From: Mustelus asterias
Taxonomy: Eukaryota
Assembly (NCBI RefSeq): GCF_964213995.1
Contig: NC_135830.1
Coordinates: 8,680,001 to 8,744,000 of the forward strand
Direction: 5' to 3'
DNA: 64,000 nt
Made by a program: the position numbers and the translations under genes. Shown one piece after another: positions 48,007 through 60,638 of this stretch. The notes under the pieces were generated by a model, which was given only the letters and a program-made list of their open reading frames with translations, did no database searches and had not been told where the DNA came from. Within the stretch, counting starts at the first letter, position 1; every line of letters starts with the position of its first letter.

Positions 48007-50852
48007 CTTTTGCCACCAAATAAACCTGTTGGTCTTTAACCTGGTGTTGTGAGACTTCTTACTGTATTCTATGACCGAACCAGTTCTGCATCTACCTTGC
48101 CAGGTCACCTCTGATCCCATGCGACGTCACCTTCTGCACAAGTCTGCCATGAGGGACTTGTCAACGGCCTTACTGAAGTCCATGTACACAACATCCACTG
48201 CCCTACCCTCATCAATCATCTTCGTCGCTTCCTCGAAAAACTCAATCAAGTTAATGAGACACGACCGCCCCACCACAGAACTATGTTGTCTCTCGCTAAT
48301 ACGTCCACTTATTTCCATGTGGGAGTAAATCCTGTCTCGAAGAATCCTCTCCAATCATTTCCCGACCACTGACGTAAGGCTCACAGGCCTGTAATTACCT
48401 GGAATACTCTTGATATCCTTCTCAAACAAAGGAACAACATGGGCTATTCTCCAATCGTCTGGGACCTCTTCGGGAGCCAGTGAGGATACAAAGATTTCTC
48501 TCAAGGCCCCAGCAATTTTCTCCTTTGACTTTCTCAAGATTCAGGGGTAAATCTCATTAGGCCCTGGGGTCTTGCCTACCTAAATATTTCCCAAGAACCC
48601 CAATACTTTCTCCTTTTTAATCTCAAAATTATTCAAACTATCTGCACACCCTTTCCCAGACTCATTATCCACCAAGTCCTTCTCTTTGGTGAATGCTGAT
48701 GCAAAGTACTCATTTAATACCTCGCCCATTTCCTCCGGCTCCACGCACAGATTCCCTCCCCTGTCCTTGAGTGGGCCAACCCTTTCCATTGCTACCCTCT
48801 TGCTCTTTATATATGTATAGAAAGCCTTGGGATTTTCCTTAATCCTGCTGGCCAATGATTTTTCCTTTTAACCCTCCTTACTCCTTGCTTACGTTTCTTT
48901 CCACTTTCCTTGTGTTCCACACTTGCTTCGTGCCTTGCCAGCCTCCTAGCCCCGACAAATGCTTGCTTGTTCTCGTTGGCTAGGCTCACAATATCTCTCG
49001 TAGTCCAAATTTGCCAAAACTTTCCATTCTTATCGTTCATCCTTACAGCAATGTGCCAGTCCTGAATCCCTATCAACTTACATTTGAAAGCCTCCCACAT
49101 GCCAAGAGTTGATTTGCCCTCAAATATCTGCCCCAATCTACATTCTTCAGTTCCTGCCTAATATTGTTGTAATTAGCCTTCCCCCAATTTAGCACCCTAA
49201 CTTGAGGACCACACTTCTCTTGTTCCATCAGTACCTTAAATCTTACTGAATTGTGGTCACTGTTCCAGAACTGCTCCCCCACTGAAACGTCGACTAGCTG
49301 GCCGGGCTCATTCCCCAATACAAGGTCAAGTACTTGCTAGTTGGACTCTTTACATACTGTTTCAAGAAGCCCTCCTGGATGCTGCTTACAAACCTTGCGC
49401 CATCCACGCCCTTAGCACTAAGTGAGTCCCAGTCAATATAGGGTGTGTTAAAATCTCCCACCACAAAACCATGTTACTTTGACACCTTGCCAAATTCTGG
49501 CTACATATTTGTTCTTCTATCTCCCGCTGGCTGTTGGGCGCCCTATAGTAAACACGAACATTGTGACTACACCCTTCCTATTCCTGAGCTCTACCCATAT
49601 TGCCTCGCTGTATGGGCCTCCGAGCTGTCCTCCCACCATACAGCTGTGAGTTTCTCCTTAATCCTTAACTGTTCCACCCCTTTGACGTCTCCCTCGAACC
49701 AGCCTGATATGCTCAACGTTAAGCTGCCAATCCTGTCCTTCCCTTAACCAAGTCTCTGTAACAGCAACAACATCATAGTTCCAAGTACTAATCCAAACCC
49801 TAAGTTCATCTGCTTTAACTGTTACACTTCTTGCATTGAAACAAATGCATTTCAGTCACCTCTTTCATGAGCAACCACACCCTGACAGCCCTTTCTCTGA
49901 GTCTTACTGGCCCTACTCTCTGGTTCCCCTTCAGTTAATTCACCTTTGCTTTGGTTCCCACTCCCCTGCCAAATTAGATAAATCCTCCCGTGTGACATGA
50001 GCAAACCTCTCGGCCATAATATTTATGCCCTTCCAGTTTCGATGCACCCCATCCTTCTTGTAGAGGTCCCACCTGCCCCAGAAGCGATCCCAATGGTCCA
50101 GATATCTGAAACCCTACCTCCTACACCAGCTGTTCAGCCACGTGTTGAGCTGTACTATCTTCCTATTTCTAGCCTCACTGGCAGGTGGCATAGGAGTCAT
50201 CCTGAGATTACAACCCGAGAGGTACTGCTTTTTAACTTTCGACTAAACTCCCTACACTGCTGCTGCAGGACCTCATCACTCTTCCTACCTCTATCGTCAG
50301 TACGAATGTGTACCACAACCACAGGCTGTTCACACTCTCCCTTCAGAATACTTTCTGCCCGTTCAGAGACATCCTGGACCCTGGCACCAGGGAGACAAGA
50401 TACCATGCTGGAGTCTCTTTCACGTCCAAATCAAAATCATTTAAAAATCGTTTCAAATCATTTGGAAAACACATAAATTGTCAACATCACTCCTCTGTCC
50501 CTAACAGGCCCATCACCCGTGGCTCCTCCCAATCACCCCAACACCCATCACTCCTGGGTTCTGCACCATCCTGCATCCCACCACGCACCCCAGGATCCCT
50601 TATCACTCGAGACTCTCTCCATCACCTCTGGCTCCCTGTGTCATTCCTGCCTCACCTTTTTCCACGCACCCTGATTATATTTCATCTAAGATTCCTTCCA
50701 TTGTGTCACAGACGTGCCCATTTGTTCTATCAGGTCTGATTACATTAATACATTACAGCATGCAGAAGCACATCTCAATAACCCCTCAATCAAACTGGTA
50801 ATTTTGCAGCAGCATGATGTATGATCTCATTGTTTATTTCCCTTCCTTACAG

Positions 50853-51739
50853 TGAACTTAGTCACCATTGTGATCCTCATTCGCAAAAACTGTGGTCTCT
50901 CCAGATGTGTCACTCGTTATCTGGTGGCCATGTCATTGGCGGATCTACTGGTTATTATCCTCGACCTGATATTGAGACACATTCCGATTGTTTTTGATGA
51001 ACAGTTTCATTTCCTGAAATTCATCCCCGTGTGTAATATCCACGCCGTCCTGCTTTATGCAGCCACTGACTGTTCTGTCTGGTTCACCGTCACTTTCACG
51101 TTTGATCGATTTGTGGCCATTTGTTGCCAGAAGCTGAAAAATAAATATTGCAGTGAGAAAACGGCATCTGTAGTCTTGGGAACAGTGACTGCGCTGAGCT
51201 GCTTAAAGAATATTTTCTGGTATTTTATGGTAACACGTCAGTATGTATTAATGAACGACCCTTGGTTTTGTAATTACTCATTTGATGTCCTGTTTTCTCC
51301 AGTTTGGGGAGCAATTGTGTTCCTCCATTACATTCTAACCCCATGTATCCCATTTGTTCTGATTCTGCTGCTCAATGTTCTCACCGTCAGACACATTTTA
51401 GTGACGAGCAGAGCCCGCACAAGACTCCGGGCTCACTGCAATGGGGAGAGTCTCAGAGACCCAGAAATGGAAAGTCGAAGGAAGTCCATCATTTTACTGT
51501 TTGTTATTTCAGCCAATTTCATCCTGTTATGGTCAACGTTAATGATTGATACTTTATCTATCCAGATGTTCTGGTTGGGGTATCCATCTCCATACAGTGC
51601 GATTTTTGTTGGGGACTTGGGCTTCATGCTGCAGCTCCTGAGTTGCTGCACAAATACCTTTATTTATGCGGTCACCCAGACTAAGTTCAGGGAGCAGTTG
51701 TGGAATGTGATGAAATATCCCTTTACTCAATGTCATTAA
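50853..51739 (+). CDS. GPR139-like orphan class A GPCR, exon 2 (spliced product 353 aa)
   Basis: Acceptor TTTCCCTTCCTTACAG in phase with exon 1 (G+TG = Val, giving GVPVN); LADL in TM2, TFDRFVAIC, NTFIY in TM7; open to TAA. Confidence 0.92.
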
Positions 51740-51999
51740 GGGAAGAACTAAACCACTGAGAGTTTCCAGATTTTTTTTTCCATTTTCATTTACATTTCCT
51801 GAAAGGGGAGGGTACAGACAGGACAGGATCTCCATAGATTCATACAGTTGTACAGTGCAGAATCGGTCCATCAAGTCTGCACCCACAATAACTACCACTC
51901 AAGTCGCATCACTTACATGCTCTTGCACTTGTCCCATATCCTTGACTGTTATGATGTTTCATGTTCTCATCCAAATACTTTTTAATGGTAGTAAGATTT

Positions 52000-53090
52000 C
52001 CTGCCTCCATTACCTTCACAGGCAGTGCATTCCAGATTCATCCACTGAGTATTTTTTTTTCAAATCCCCTCTGAATCCCCTGCTCCTTGCCCAAAAACTA
52101 CGCCCCTTGTGATTGATCCACAACCAAGGGGAATAGCTGCTTCCCATTCAGCATGTCCATACCTCTCATAATCTTATTTACCTCAATCATGTCTCCTCGG
52201 CCACCTCTGTTCTAGAACAAAATAACAATCCAAGCCTATCCAGTCTCCCTTTATTGCTCAAATGCTCCATTCTATGCAAAAGTGTGGTGGATATCCTCTG
52301 TACCAGTGGAATCACATCCTTCCTATTGTGAGATGACCAGAACTGTACGCAATATCCCTGCCATGGCCTAACCAGTGTTCTGTACAGCTCCAACATTATC
52401 CTTGCTCCTCTACTCTCTGCCAAAACTGTTAAAAGCAAGTGTCTGTATGTGTTCCTAAATATCATATTCAACTGCTCTGCGGCCTTGACGGATCTATGAA
52501 TAATTACCCCAAGAACCCTCTATTCCTCTGAGCCTCCTCATGTCCTGCCATTCATTAAATACTCCCTTGTCTTGTTACTTCTCCCAAAGTGCATCAGCTC
52601 GCACTTATCAGGATTGAATACCATCTGCCACTGCTCTGCCATCTGACCAACCCATCTATATCTTCCTGACAACTACAGCCTTTTTCTTTACTCTTAACCA
52701 CCCCACCAACCTTGCTTATCATTCCTCTACATTATCATCTTATCATTTGTGTCGATAACAAACAATATGTGTCCCTGCACTGATCTTTGTGGCACGCCAC
52801 TGGACACCAGCTTCCAGCCACTCAAGCAGCCTTCTTTGATGATACTTTGTTTACGATTTACGATTAGAGCTCCGAAAGCTTGTGTGGCTTTTGCTACCAA
52901 ATAAACCTGTTGGACTTTAAGCTGGTGTTGTTAAACTTCTTACTACGATTACGAAGCCAGTTTTGGATCTGCATTGCAAAGTTTCCCTGAATTCCATGTC
53001 CTTTAAACTTGTCAATCATTTCCCCCATGTGGGTCCTTGTCAAAGGCTTTGCTAAAATCCATATAAACTACATTAATTGGACCCTTGCAT
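52000..53090 (-). mobile_element. Degenerate CR1 fragment containing a short Penelope pseudo-LTR piece (about 52868-52943)
   Basis: LYRTLVRP...YCVQFWS (ORF 52187-52471); the insert matches the reverse complement of about 42337-42412. Confidence 0.75.
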
Positions 53091-53469
53091 TGGCTAGGTC
53101 AACTGTCCAATATCCATCTACCTTGTTCTGACTTGACAGCAAAACAATGACAATGATATATCACCTCTCCGGTTCACCCTTCCAGCTGCCCATTATCCCG
53201 CTGCTTCATTCTGATTGGACAGCAATCATCCAAACATCACCGTCTTGGAAAGTGGTTCTACAATTCCCACAGTGCAGCGGTGGGGGTGGCCTGAACAAGT
53301 GAGGTCACGTAGAGGGCACGAGGTAACTGAAGGGAAGTGAGGTCACAGAGGGCACCTCCATAAACATCTGGGGTTCAGAGTTAAGTGTTGCATTGTCAAT
53401 TTGGAGTCAAAATGGGAATGCAGCTTGAAGGGGGACAAGAGGGTCATGCGGCTCCAGAATCAGTCTCAG

Positions 53470-53967
53470 CGAGAGAGAGGGAGGGAGGGAGAGATATCGA
53501 GCATAGAAATAAAGCAATAGGATCAGATACCTAGAGAGAGAGAAAGAAGGGGAGAGTTAGGTGGAGCGAGAGGGGCAGTGCGAGAGAGGGGGAAGGGAGG
53601 GCAGGGAGGGTTGCAGAGAGAGAGAAAGGGGGCAGAGAAGGAGGCAGATAGAGAGAAGGTGCAGTGAGAGAAAGAGGGCGCTGGGAATGAGGAGAGAGAG
53701 AAAGAGAGGGGGCAGAGGGAGAGTGGGAAGAGAGAGAGGTGCACTGACAGCGTGGGGCAGTGAGAGAGGTACAGAGAGAAGGTGGGGCAGTGAAAGCGTG
53801 GGACAGAGACATCATGGAGCAGAGTGAGTGGGAAAGATAGAGATTGGGGTAGAGTGAGAGGGGCAGAGAGAGAGAGGGGTAGAAAGATAGTAGTACACAG
53901 AAAGAGGGGGCAGAGACAGCAGGGGCATAAAGGGAGAAGCGGCAGAGATAGTGGGGAAAAATAGACA
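53470..53967. repeat. GA-rich low-complexity tract
   Basis: Almost entirely purine on the + strand. Confidence 0.85.
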
Positions 53968-55500
53968 CAAAAAAAGAACAAAGAGCAAAGAACAATACAG
54001 CACAGGAACAGGCCCTTCGGCCCTCCAAGCCTGCACCGATCATGTATTCCTAACTAGACCATCCGTTTGTATCCCTCTATTCCCAGTCTGTTCATGCGGC
54101 TATCTAGATAAGTCTTAAATGGTCCTAGCGTGTCTGCCTCAACCACCTTGCTTGGTAGTGCATTACAGGCCCCCACCACCCTCTGTGTAAAATACGTCCC
54201 CCCGCATATCTGTATTGAACCTTGCCCCCCTTATCTTGAACTTGTGACCCCTTGTGTTTGTCATTTCTGACCTGGGAAATAGCTTCCAACTGTTCGCCCT
54301 ATCTATGCCCTTCGTAATTTTATAAACTTCTATTAGGTCACCCCTCAACCTCCGTCTTTCCAGGGAGAACAACCCTAGTTTACTCAATCTCTCCTCATAG
54401 CTAATACCCTCCATACCAGGCAACATCTTGCTAAACCTTTCCTGCCCTCTCTCCAAAGCCTCCACGTCCTTCTGGTCGTGTGGTGACCAAAACTGGATGT
54501 AGTATTCCAAATGTGGCCTAACCAACGTTCTATATAACTGCAACATCATATCCCAACTTTGATACTCCATGCCCCGTCCAATAAAGGCAAGCATGCCATA
54601 TGCGTTCTTCACCAACTTTTCCACCTGTGCTGCCACCTTTAAGGATCTGTGGACTTGCACACCAAGATCCCTCTGTGTGTCGATACTCCTGATGGTTCTG
54701 CCATTTATTGTATAGCTCCCCCCTGCATTAGATCTACCAAAATGCATCAATTCGCATTTGTCTGGATTAAATTCCATCTGCCATTTCTCTGCCCAGTTTT
54801 CCAGCCTATCTATATCCTGCTGTATTCTCTGACAATGTTCATCACTATCTGCAACTCCAGCAATCTTTGTGTCGTCCGCAAACTTACTAATTAGACCAGC
54901 TACATCTTCTTCCAAATCATTTATATATATCACAAACAGCAGAGATCCCAGTACAGAGCCCTGCGGAACACCACTAGTCACAGACCTCCAATCAGAAAAA
55001 GACCTCTTCACTGCTACCCTCTGTCTTCTATGGCCAAGCCAGTTCTGTACCCATGTAGCTAGTTCACCTTTGATTCCGTGAGATTTAACCTTTTGCACCA
55101 GCCTGCCATGAGGGACCTTGTCAAATGCTTTACTAAAATCCACGTAGACGACATCCACGGCCCTTCCCTCGTCAGTCATTTTTGTCACCTCCTCAAAAAA
55201 CTCAACCAAATTTGTGAGGCATGACCTCCCTCGCACAAAACCATGTTGTCTATTGCTAATGAGATTATTCAGTTCTAAATGTGTACAGATCCTATCTCTA
55301 AGAATCTTCTCCAACAATTTCCCTACCACGGACGTCAAGCTCACTGGCCTATGATTACCCAGGTTATCCTTGCTACCCTTCTTAAATAACGGGACCACAT
55401 TTGCTATTCTCCAATCCTCTGGGACCTCACCTGTGTCCAATGAAGAAACTAAGATTTCTGTTAGAGGCCCAGCAATTTCATCTCTTGTCTCTCTCAGTAA
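53968..55500 (-). mobile_element. Young CR1 insertion with an uninterrupted 453-aa RT ORF
   Basis: ORF 54163-55524 has all CR1 RT motifs; AAAGAAC tail. Confidence 0.95.
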
Positions 55501-56747
55501 CTGGAAGTCCCTCCCTAACAACACTGTGGGTGTACGTACACCTTAGGCATTGCAACAATTCAAGAAGGCACCCTTGGGATTGGGTTGACCATGGCCAAGG
55601 CAGCTACATACAGCCACATATTCTGTTATAATTGAAGGACTGCAGATTGAATGTGAGGCATTGTGGGACTGGACTATCTTGACCATATTCCTGTGACTGC
55701 CTGGAAACTCGTGTCTATTTTAGTTTATAATTGAGGATTTCTGGGAATAAGTTAAATGTGGAAATATTAAGCATAGCCTGGAGGAATTTGGAATAACTGA
55801 GAATTTTATCCCCAGATAAAGAACAATGATTTTGCCGGTGTTTGGGTGTAACATGTTTGGGATTTTAAATCACCAAAGACAAGATGTTGCCTCTAAAATC
55901 AGTCCTTGTAGGTTGGCTTAAAAAAGGTGAAGTTATAATGAAGGATCTTGGATCTTATTTTAATCAAGGAGTTGTGAGCTTGTAGTGCTCTGTCGCTTTA
56001 AGAAGCTATAGCTGCGAGAGAGAATGCTGAGGATTCATTGTTTGAAATTTACGAGCTGTGAGAATCTGTGTGTTTTGTTTGTTTTATGTGGATGTTTGTA
56101 GATGTGTTTTATCATTGTTTTGGGCTACATTTGTTAAGGTTTATCTTTCTGGGGAATTAACCTTACCTTGAGTCTTTAATTAAAGGCATTTTTGGAAGTT
56201 TCAAAACAGGATCACAAGAACGCTTAAGTAATTAATTTTGGTTATTGTTGTTGTAAAGCACATGCTAAGTTTCTCTGTTTGTGTATGGATGATATTTGTG
56301 GGTTGAACGCTTCAAGCTTTGAGGTTTTCTGTCTGTGATTTAAATCAAACAGATTTTTAAAAAAGGAAGTGTGATCAATAAAACTTTTTTTGTTCAGAAG
56401 TTATGAACCTGGAGCCATATTTACTGGCCAGAGACATGATTCCAGGATATTTTACTAAACATGTGGGAATTTTAATCCGGATACAATTCACCCATGTGAG
56501 AATGATAGTTTTAATTTGTAATGGTTATTTAAAATTTGACACATGTGAAATGATTCTGACCAACCCTGTGTTGGATTGATCTTGGGCTAAACCTCCTGTC
56601 AGGTCCAAAGATTTATTCCTGACGCAAGTAACACAATGAAAAGGAAAATTCTGGAATTGGAGACGAAAGAAAAGAGTTTAAAAAGAGAGAATATTAAATA
56701 GAAATGTTCCCAGACCGTGTGGTCATTAGATTAAAACAAAGGAAGGG

Positions 56748-57088
56748 TGCTGACGTCCATTTGAGAACTTTTAATCCACCCCATTTCTAACTAACGGAGT
56801 CTATGTACAAAGAAAGCCCAAGAAAGACCCCCCCCCCCCAAGGGGGGTCTGGAAAGCATCATGATGAGGGCACCTGTCCATGAGATGATCACAAAGCCCC
56901 ATAATGCCCAGATACTAATTTTATTGAACCTATAATGTATGTAATCTATCGCCATTCTGATGCACTGAGTTACTGTATAAGAATTGATGATATTCTGTGT
57001 TGGGTGGAGTTGCACATGGTCAGCCCCTGTGGCTTCTCCCCGCTGGCGTAACTCAATAAACTGTTTGTCGATTGAATCAGGCACAACA
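56748..57088 (+). repeat. Probable 3' LTR of a second LTR element, after AT-rich internal sequence (about 55570-56747)
   Basis: Purine tract AAAGGAAGGG then TG; TATAA near 56975; AATAAA 57055-57060; ends ACAACA. No partner LTR seen. Confidence 0.45.
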
Positions 57089-57094
57089 CACTGG

Positions 57095-58010
57095 GTACAT
57101 TCCCACTTCATCCTTAGGAGTGGCCTGATAGGCCGTGGTCCAGACTAAATGTGGCCTCTGGGGGGCCTTTCATGAATCACGTGTTTGGTCGTTGTAAATG
57201 TGCATTCAAAATGGTTGGAAGCACAGATCATGAGTAATATTCCAGCTCCTGTGACAATAGAGAAGCTCTGTCAAATTTTCACAAGCCCTGGGTTACCAGA
57301 TTGGCTTGTTTCAGATAACGACACTCTGTTTACAAGTGAGGTGTTTCAGGAATTCCTGTAAAGGAATGGTCTACGCCATGTGCGTACTGCACCGTTTCAT
57401 CTGGCTACAAATGATCTTCATGATGTGGAGATGCTGGCGCTGGACTGGGGTAAACACAGTAAGAAGTTTAACAACACCAGGTTAAAGTCCAACGGGTTTA
57501 TTTGTTAGCAAAGGCATTTGTTAGCTAGTGGCATTTGCTAACAGATAAACCTGTTGGACTTTAACCTGGTGTTGTTAAACTTCTTACTGTACAAATGGTC
57601 TCACAGAAAGAGCTGTTCAAACTCTGAAGGAAGGATCAAAAAGAATGGAAGGCGATACTTTAAGAACAAGCTCTCAAGATTTTTGTTCCAGTTTCGCATC
57701 ACACCACAATCCACAACCGGACTCTCTCCTTTGGAATTTTTAGGGAGAAGGTTGAAGTCTCATCTGGATCTGCTTCATCCAGATCTCAGAGCAAAAGTGA
57801 GCAGGAGGCAAGAGAAGCAGAAGGAGGGACACGACTACCGCGCCAAAGAGAGGCAGTTCAAACCGGGTGATCAGGTTTACATCAGAAACTTTGGGAGTAA
57901 CCAAAGGTGGTTACCGGGAATAATTTTAAACCAAAGTGGTCCAGTATCTTGGGTGACGAGACCGTAAAACGGAAGAGTTGTTCGCAGACACCAAGACCAT
58001 ATTCGCTTGT
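57095..58010 (+). mobile_element. Gypsy/Ty3 integrase remnant
   Basis: EWPDRPWSRL, HSKWLE, LVSDN, TAPFH, FRITPQSTTGLSP, with stops and frameshifts; purine tract near 58335-58345. Confidence 0.85.
57418..57590. mobile_element. Miniature fold-back Penelope-derived insertion
   Basis: ~60-bp inverted arms (57456-57515 and 57530-57590) from the pseudo-LTR end; flanks TACAAATGATCT/TACAAATGGTCT. Confidence 0.85.
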
Positions 58011-58777
58011 GGTGTGACCCCGAGTCAGGAACAGTTTCAGAGTCAGCAACCATTACTGAGAACATGGCAGAGGGTCATGCTGCTGTGAACGTTCACCAGG
58101 AAGTGGTTCCTGTGTTTCCAGCTTTGCCAGTTGACTCTGCTGTGGGAGTGGAAGAGGAATGTTCATGTACAGATTCTCAAACTACCTCTTCACCTCCCAT
58201 TCCAGAAACACCATGACAAGATTTACCAGTGGTATTGTACAGGTCGCAATGCAACCACAAAGCTCCTGACAGACTTCCGTGTCGTTAAAGACAATACTTT
58301 GTTGTATTTCTGTCCTGATGGGGGATTGAAATTTAAGGGGAGAAGTGTTACAGAGTGTTCTTCTCAGCCTCTCTCCCTTCTGAGCACGTGCGGGCTTTGG
58401 GCAGGGTTTCAGTCTGCAAATCCAGGCTGGTTCCAATGCTCCTGTTTCCTTTAGTTTGCCACGGTTTTTTAAACTTTGTTATTTATTTATATAAAGAACA
58501 TCCTGCTTTTAACAATGCATTCAACTACCTTATTTGTGGACTGATGTTCCCACAATTGTAAAGCAGGAGATTAGTTAAATAGACAGCCTGAATTGAGAGA
58601 CAATTAAAGAATAAATGATTCATTAATACAGATGTTCGGCTGGAAATGTAAATTTGAACACTAAAGTTCTTAACTTTTAGAATTATAAACATAAGAATGG
58701 TTAAAATGCTGCGGGAATTATAAGATATTGCCTTCTGATGCCAACAGAATAGAAAAAAACATAACAAGACTTGTTAG

Positions 58778-59315
58778 GGTGGCCCGGTGGCACACTGGTT
58801 AGCTCTGCTGCCTCAGCGCCAGAGACCTGGGTTTGATTCCCGGCTTGGGAGACTCTGTGGACGTAGCATGTTGTTCCCGTGTCTGCCTGGTTTTCTTCCG
58901 GGTGCTCTGGTTTTCTCCCACAGTCCGAAAGATGTGCTGGTTAGGTGCATTGACCATGCTAAATTCTCCCTCAGTGCACCCAAACAGGTGCCAGAGTGCG
59001 GTGACTCGGGGATTTTCCCAGGAAATTCATTTATTAGTGTCACAAGTCGGCTTACATTACCATTGCAATGAAGTTACTCTGAAAATCCCAAGTTACCACA
59101 CTCAGGCGCCTGTTCGGGTACACTGAGGGAGAATTTAGCACGGCCAGTGCACCTAACCAGCAGGTCTTTCGGGCTGTGGGAGGAAACCGGAGCACCCGGA
59201 GGAAACCCACGCAGATACGGGGACAATATGCAGACGCTGCAGACAGTGACCCAAGCTGGGAGTCGAACCCAGGTCCCTGGCACTGTGAGGCAGCAGTGCA
59301 AACCACTGTGCCCTA
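58778..59315. mobile_element. Tail-to-tail pair of tRNA-derived SINEs
   Basis: Plus copy about 58778-59035 and minus copy about 59036-59315; same family as 38690-38995. Confidence 0.75.
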
Positions 59316-59894
59316 CAGAGAGGTGTTGGGAGCTGCTGATTTTACAAGTTATCCATGTTTTCGGAGCCATCACTTCATGTCCTGGTCTGAGAAGGATGGA
59401 GAGAAGTCTGTTCATAACATATAGGAGCAGAATTAGACCATTCGGCCCATCGAGTCTGCTCCGTCATTCGATCAAGGCTGATATGCTCCTCATCCCCATG
59501 TTCCTGCTTCTCCCGATAACATTTCATAAGTTCATATGTTCAATTGTTAAAGCTAAAGTTTCTCCTTTCACTGTTAATCGATACTTTCCTTTTTTATCTT
59601 TGACTTGTTACATTTTTAATGGTTAATAAATTACTGAATCACCGTTTAAAGTATTCTTTCTAGCCACATGGTTAACTCACTGGAACCTGGTGTGATTTAC
59701 AGTTATGGAGTTATTGTAAACAAGAGAACCCCATAAATCTTAGTTCAAATAAATCAAAGTTCTCACAAATGGAATGCTATCCTTTATTCTGAGAGAAATT
59801 GAACAGAGAAGTAGATATTCTGCTTCAGTTATACAGGACGTTACTGAAACTGCATCTTGAACACCGAGTGCAGTTTTTGTCTCCTATTAAACAA

Positions 59895-60230
59895 AGGATC
59901 GTAGGATCCCTGCAGTACAGACAGAGGCCATTCTGCCCATCGAGTCTGTACCAAACAGCATCCCACCCAGGCCCTATTCCCATAACCCCACACATTTACC
60001 CTGCTAATCCCCCTCACACAAGGGTCAATTTAGCAAGGCCAATCAACCTAACCCGCACACCTTTGGACCGTGGGAGGAAACTGGAGCACCCGCAGGAAAC
60101 CCACGCAGACATGGGGATAATGTCCAAACTCCACACAGATAGTGAATCGGACCAGGGACCCAGGAATTGAACCTGGGTCCCTGGCGCTGTGAGGCAGCAG
60201 TGCTAACCACTGTGCCACCGTGCTGCCCCA
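59895..60230 (-). mobile_element. HE1-like SINE
   Basis: Head GGGCAGCACGGTGGCACAGTGGTTAGCACTGCTGCCTCACAGC on the minus strand. Confidence 0.8.
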
Positions 60231-60638
60231 TTTTATAAATACAATGGAAGCAGTTAAGAAGAGGTTTACTGGATTGATTCCCATCCAGTAGTGTGAAATG
60301 TTAACTCTGTTTCTCTCTCCACAGATGCTGCCAGAGCTGCTGCGTTTTTCCAGTTCTTTCTGTATTTATTTCAGATCTCACTGTAGTGGTAGGAAAAACA
60401 CTATTTACTACCCAGGATAAAATAAATGTCCTTCATCAGCTTTTGTGGATCATTTCAGTGGAAATGTGCTCTCCTAGGCTCAAAGAGCATCAGCCCACTG
60501 GAAGCAAAGTTGTGAGACTGGCCAGTCCAGCAAAAAGAAATCCTTCGACCCTCCCACTTCACCAGCTGTCAGAATGAACATGGTTCAGTCCTGGATGTGA
60601 TCAACAGCAGCAATAACAGCAGAATCCAACCCCTGTCA

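Larger units (their letters stand above)
46099..48066. mobile_element. Penelope-like insertion with inverted arms and a 12-bp TSD
   Basis: Minus arm 46101-46742 and plus arm 46743-48066, both with GIY-YIG and pseudo-LTR; TTCTATGACCGA at 46087-46098 and 48067-48078. Confidence 0.92.
45045..50428 (-). mobile_element. Near-full-length degenerate CR1 (ORF1 esterase-like end, endonuclease, RT, 3' tail) interrupted by Penelope
   Basis: VSCLPGARVQDV (50197-50406), SDHNSVRF (49073-49318), NYRPVSLTSVVGK, KFADDT; tail at about 45045. Confidence 0.9.
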
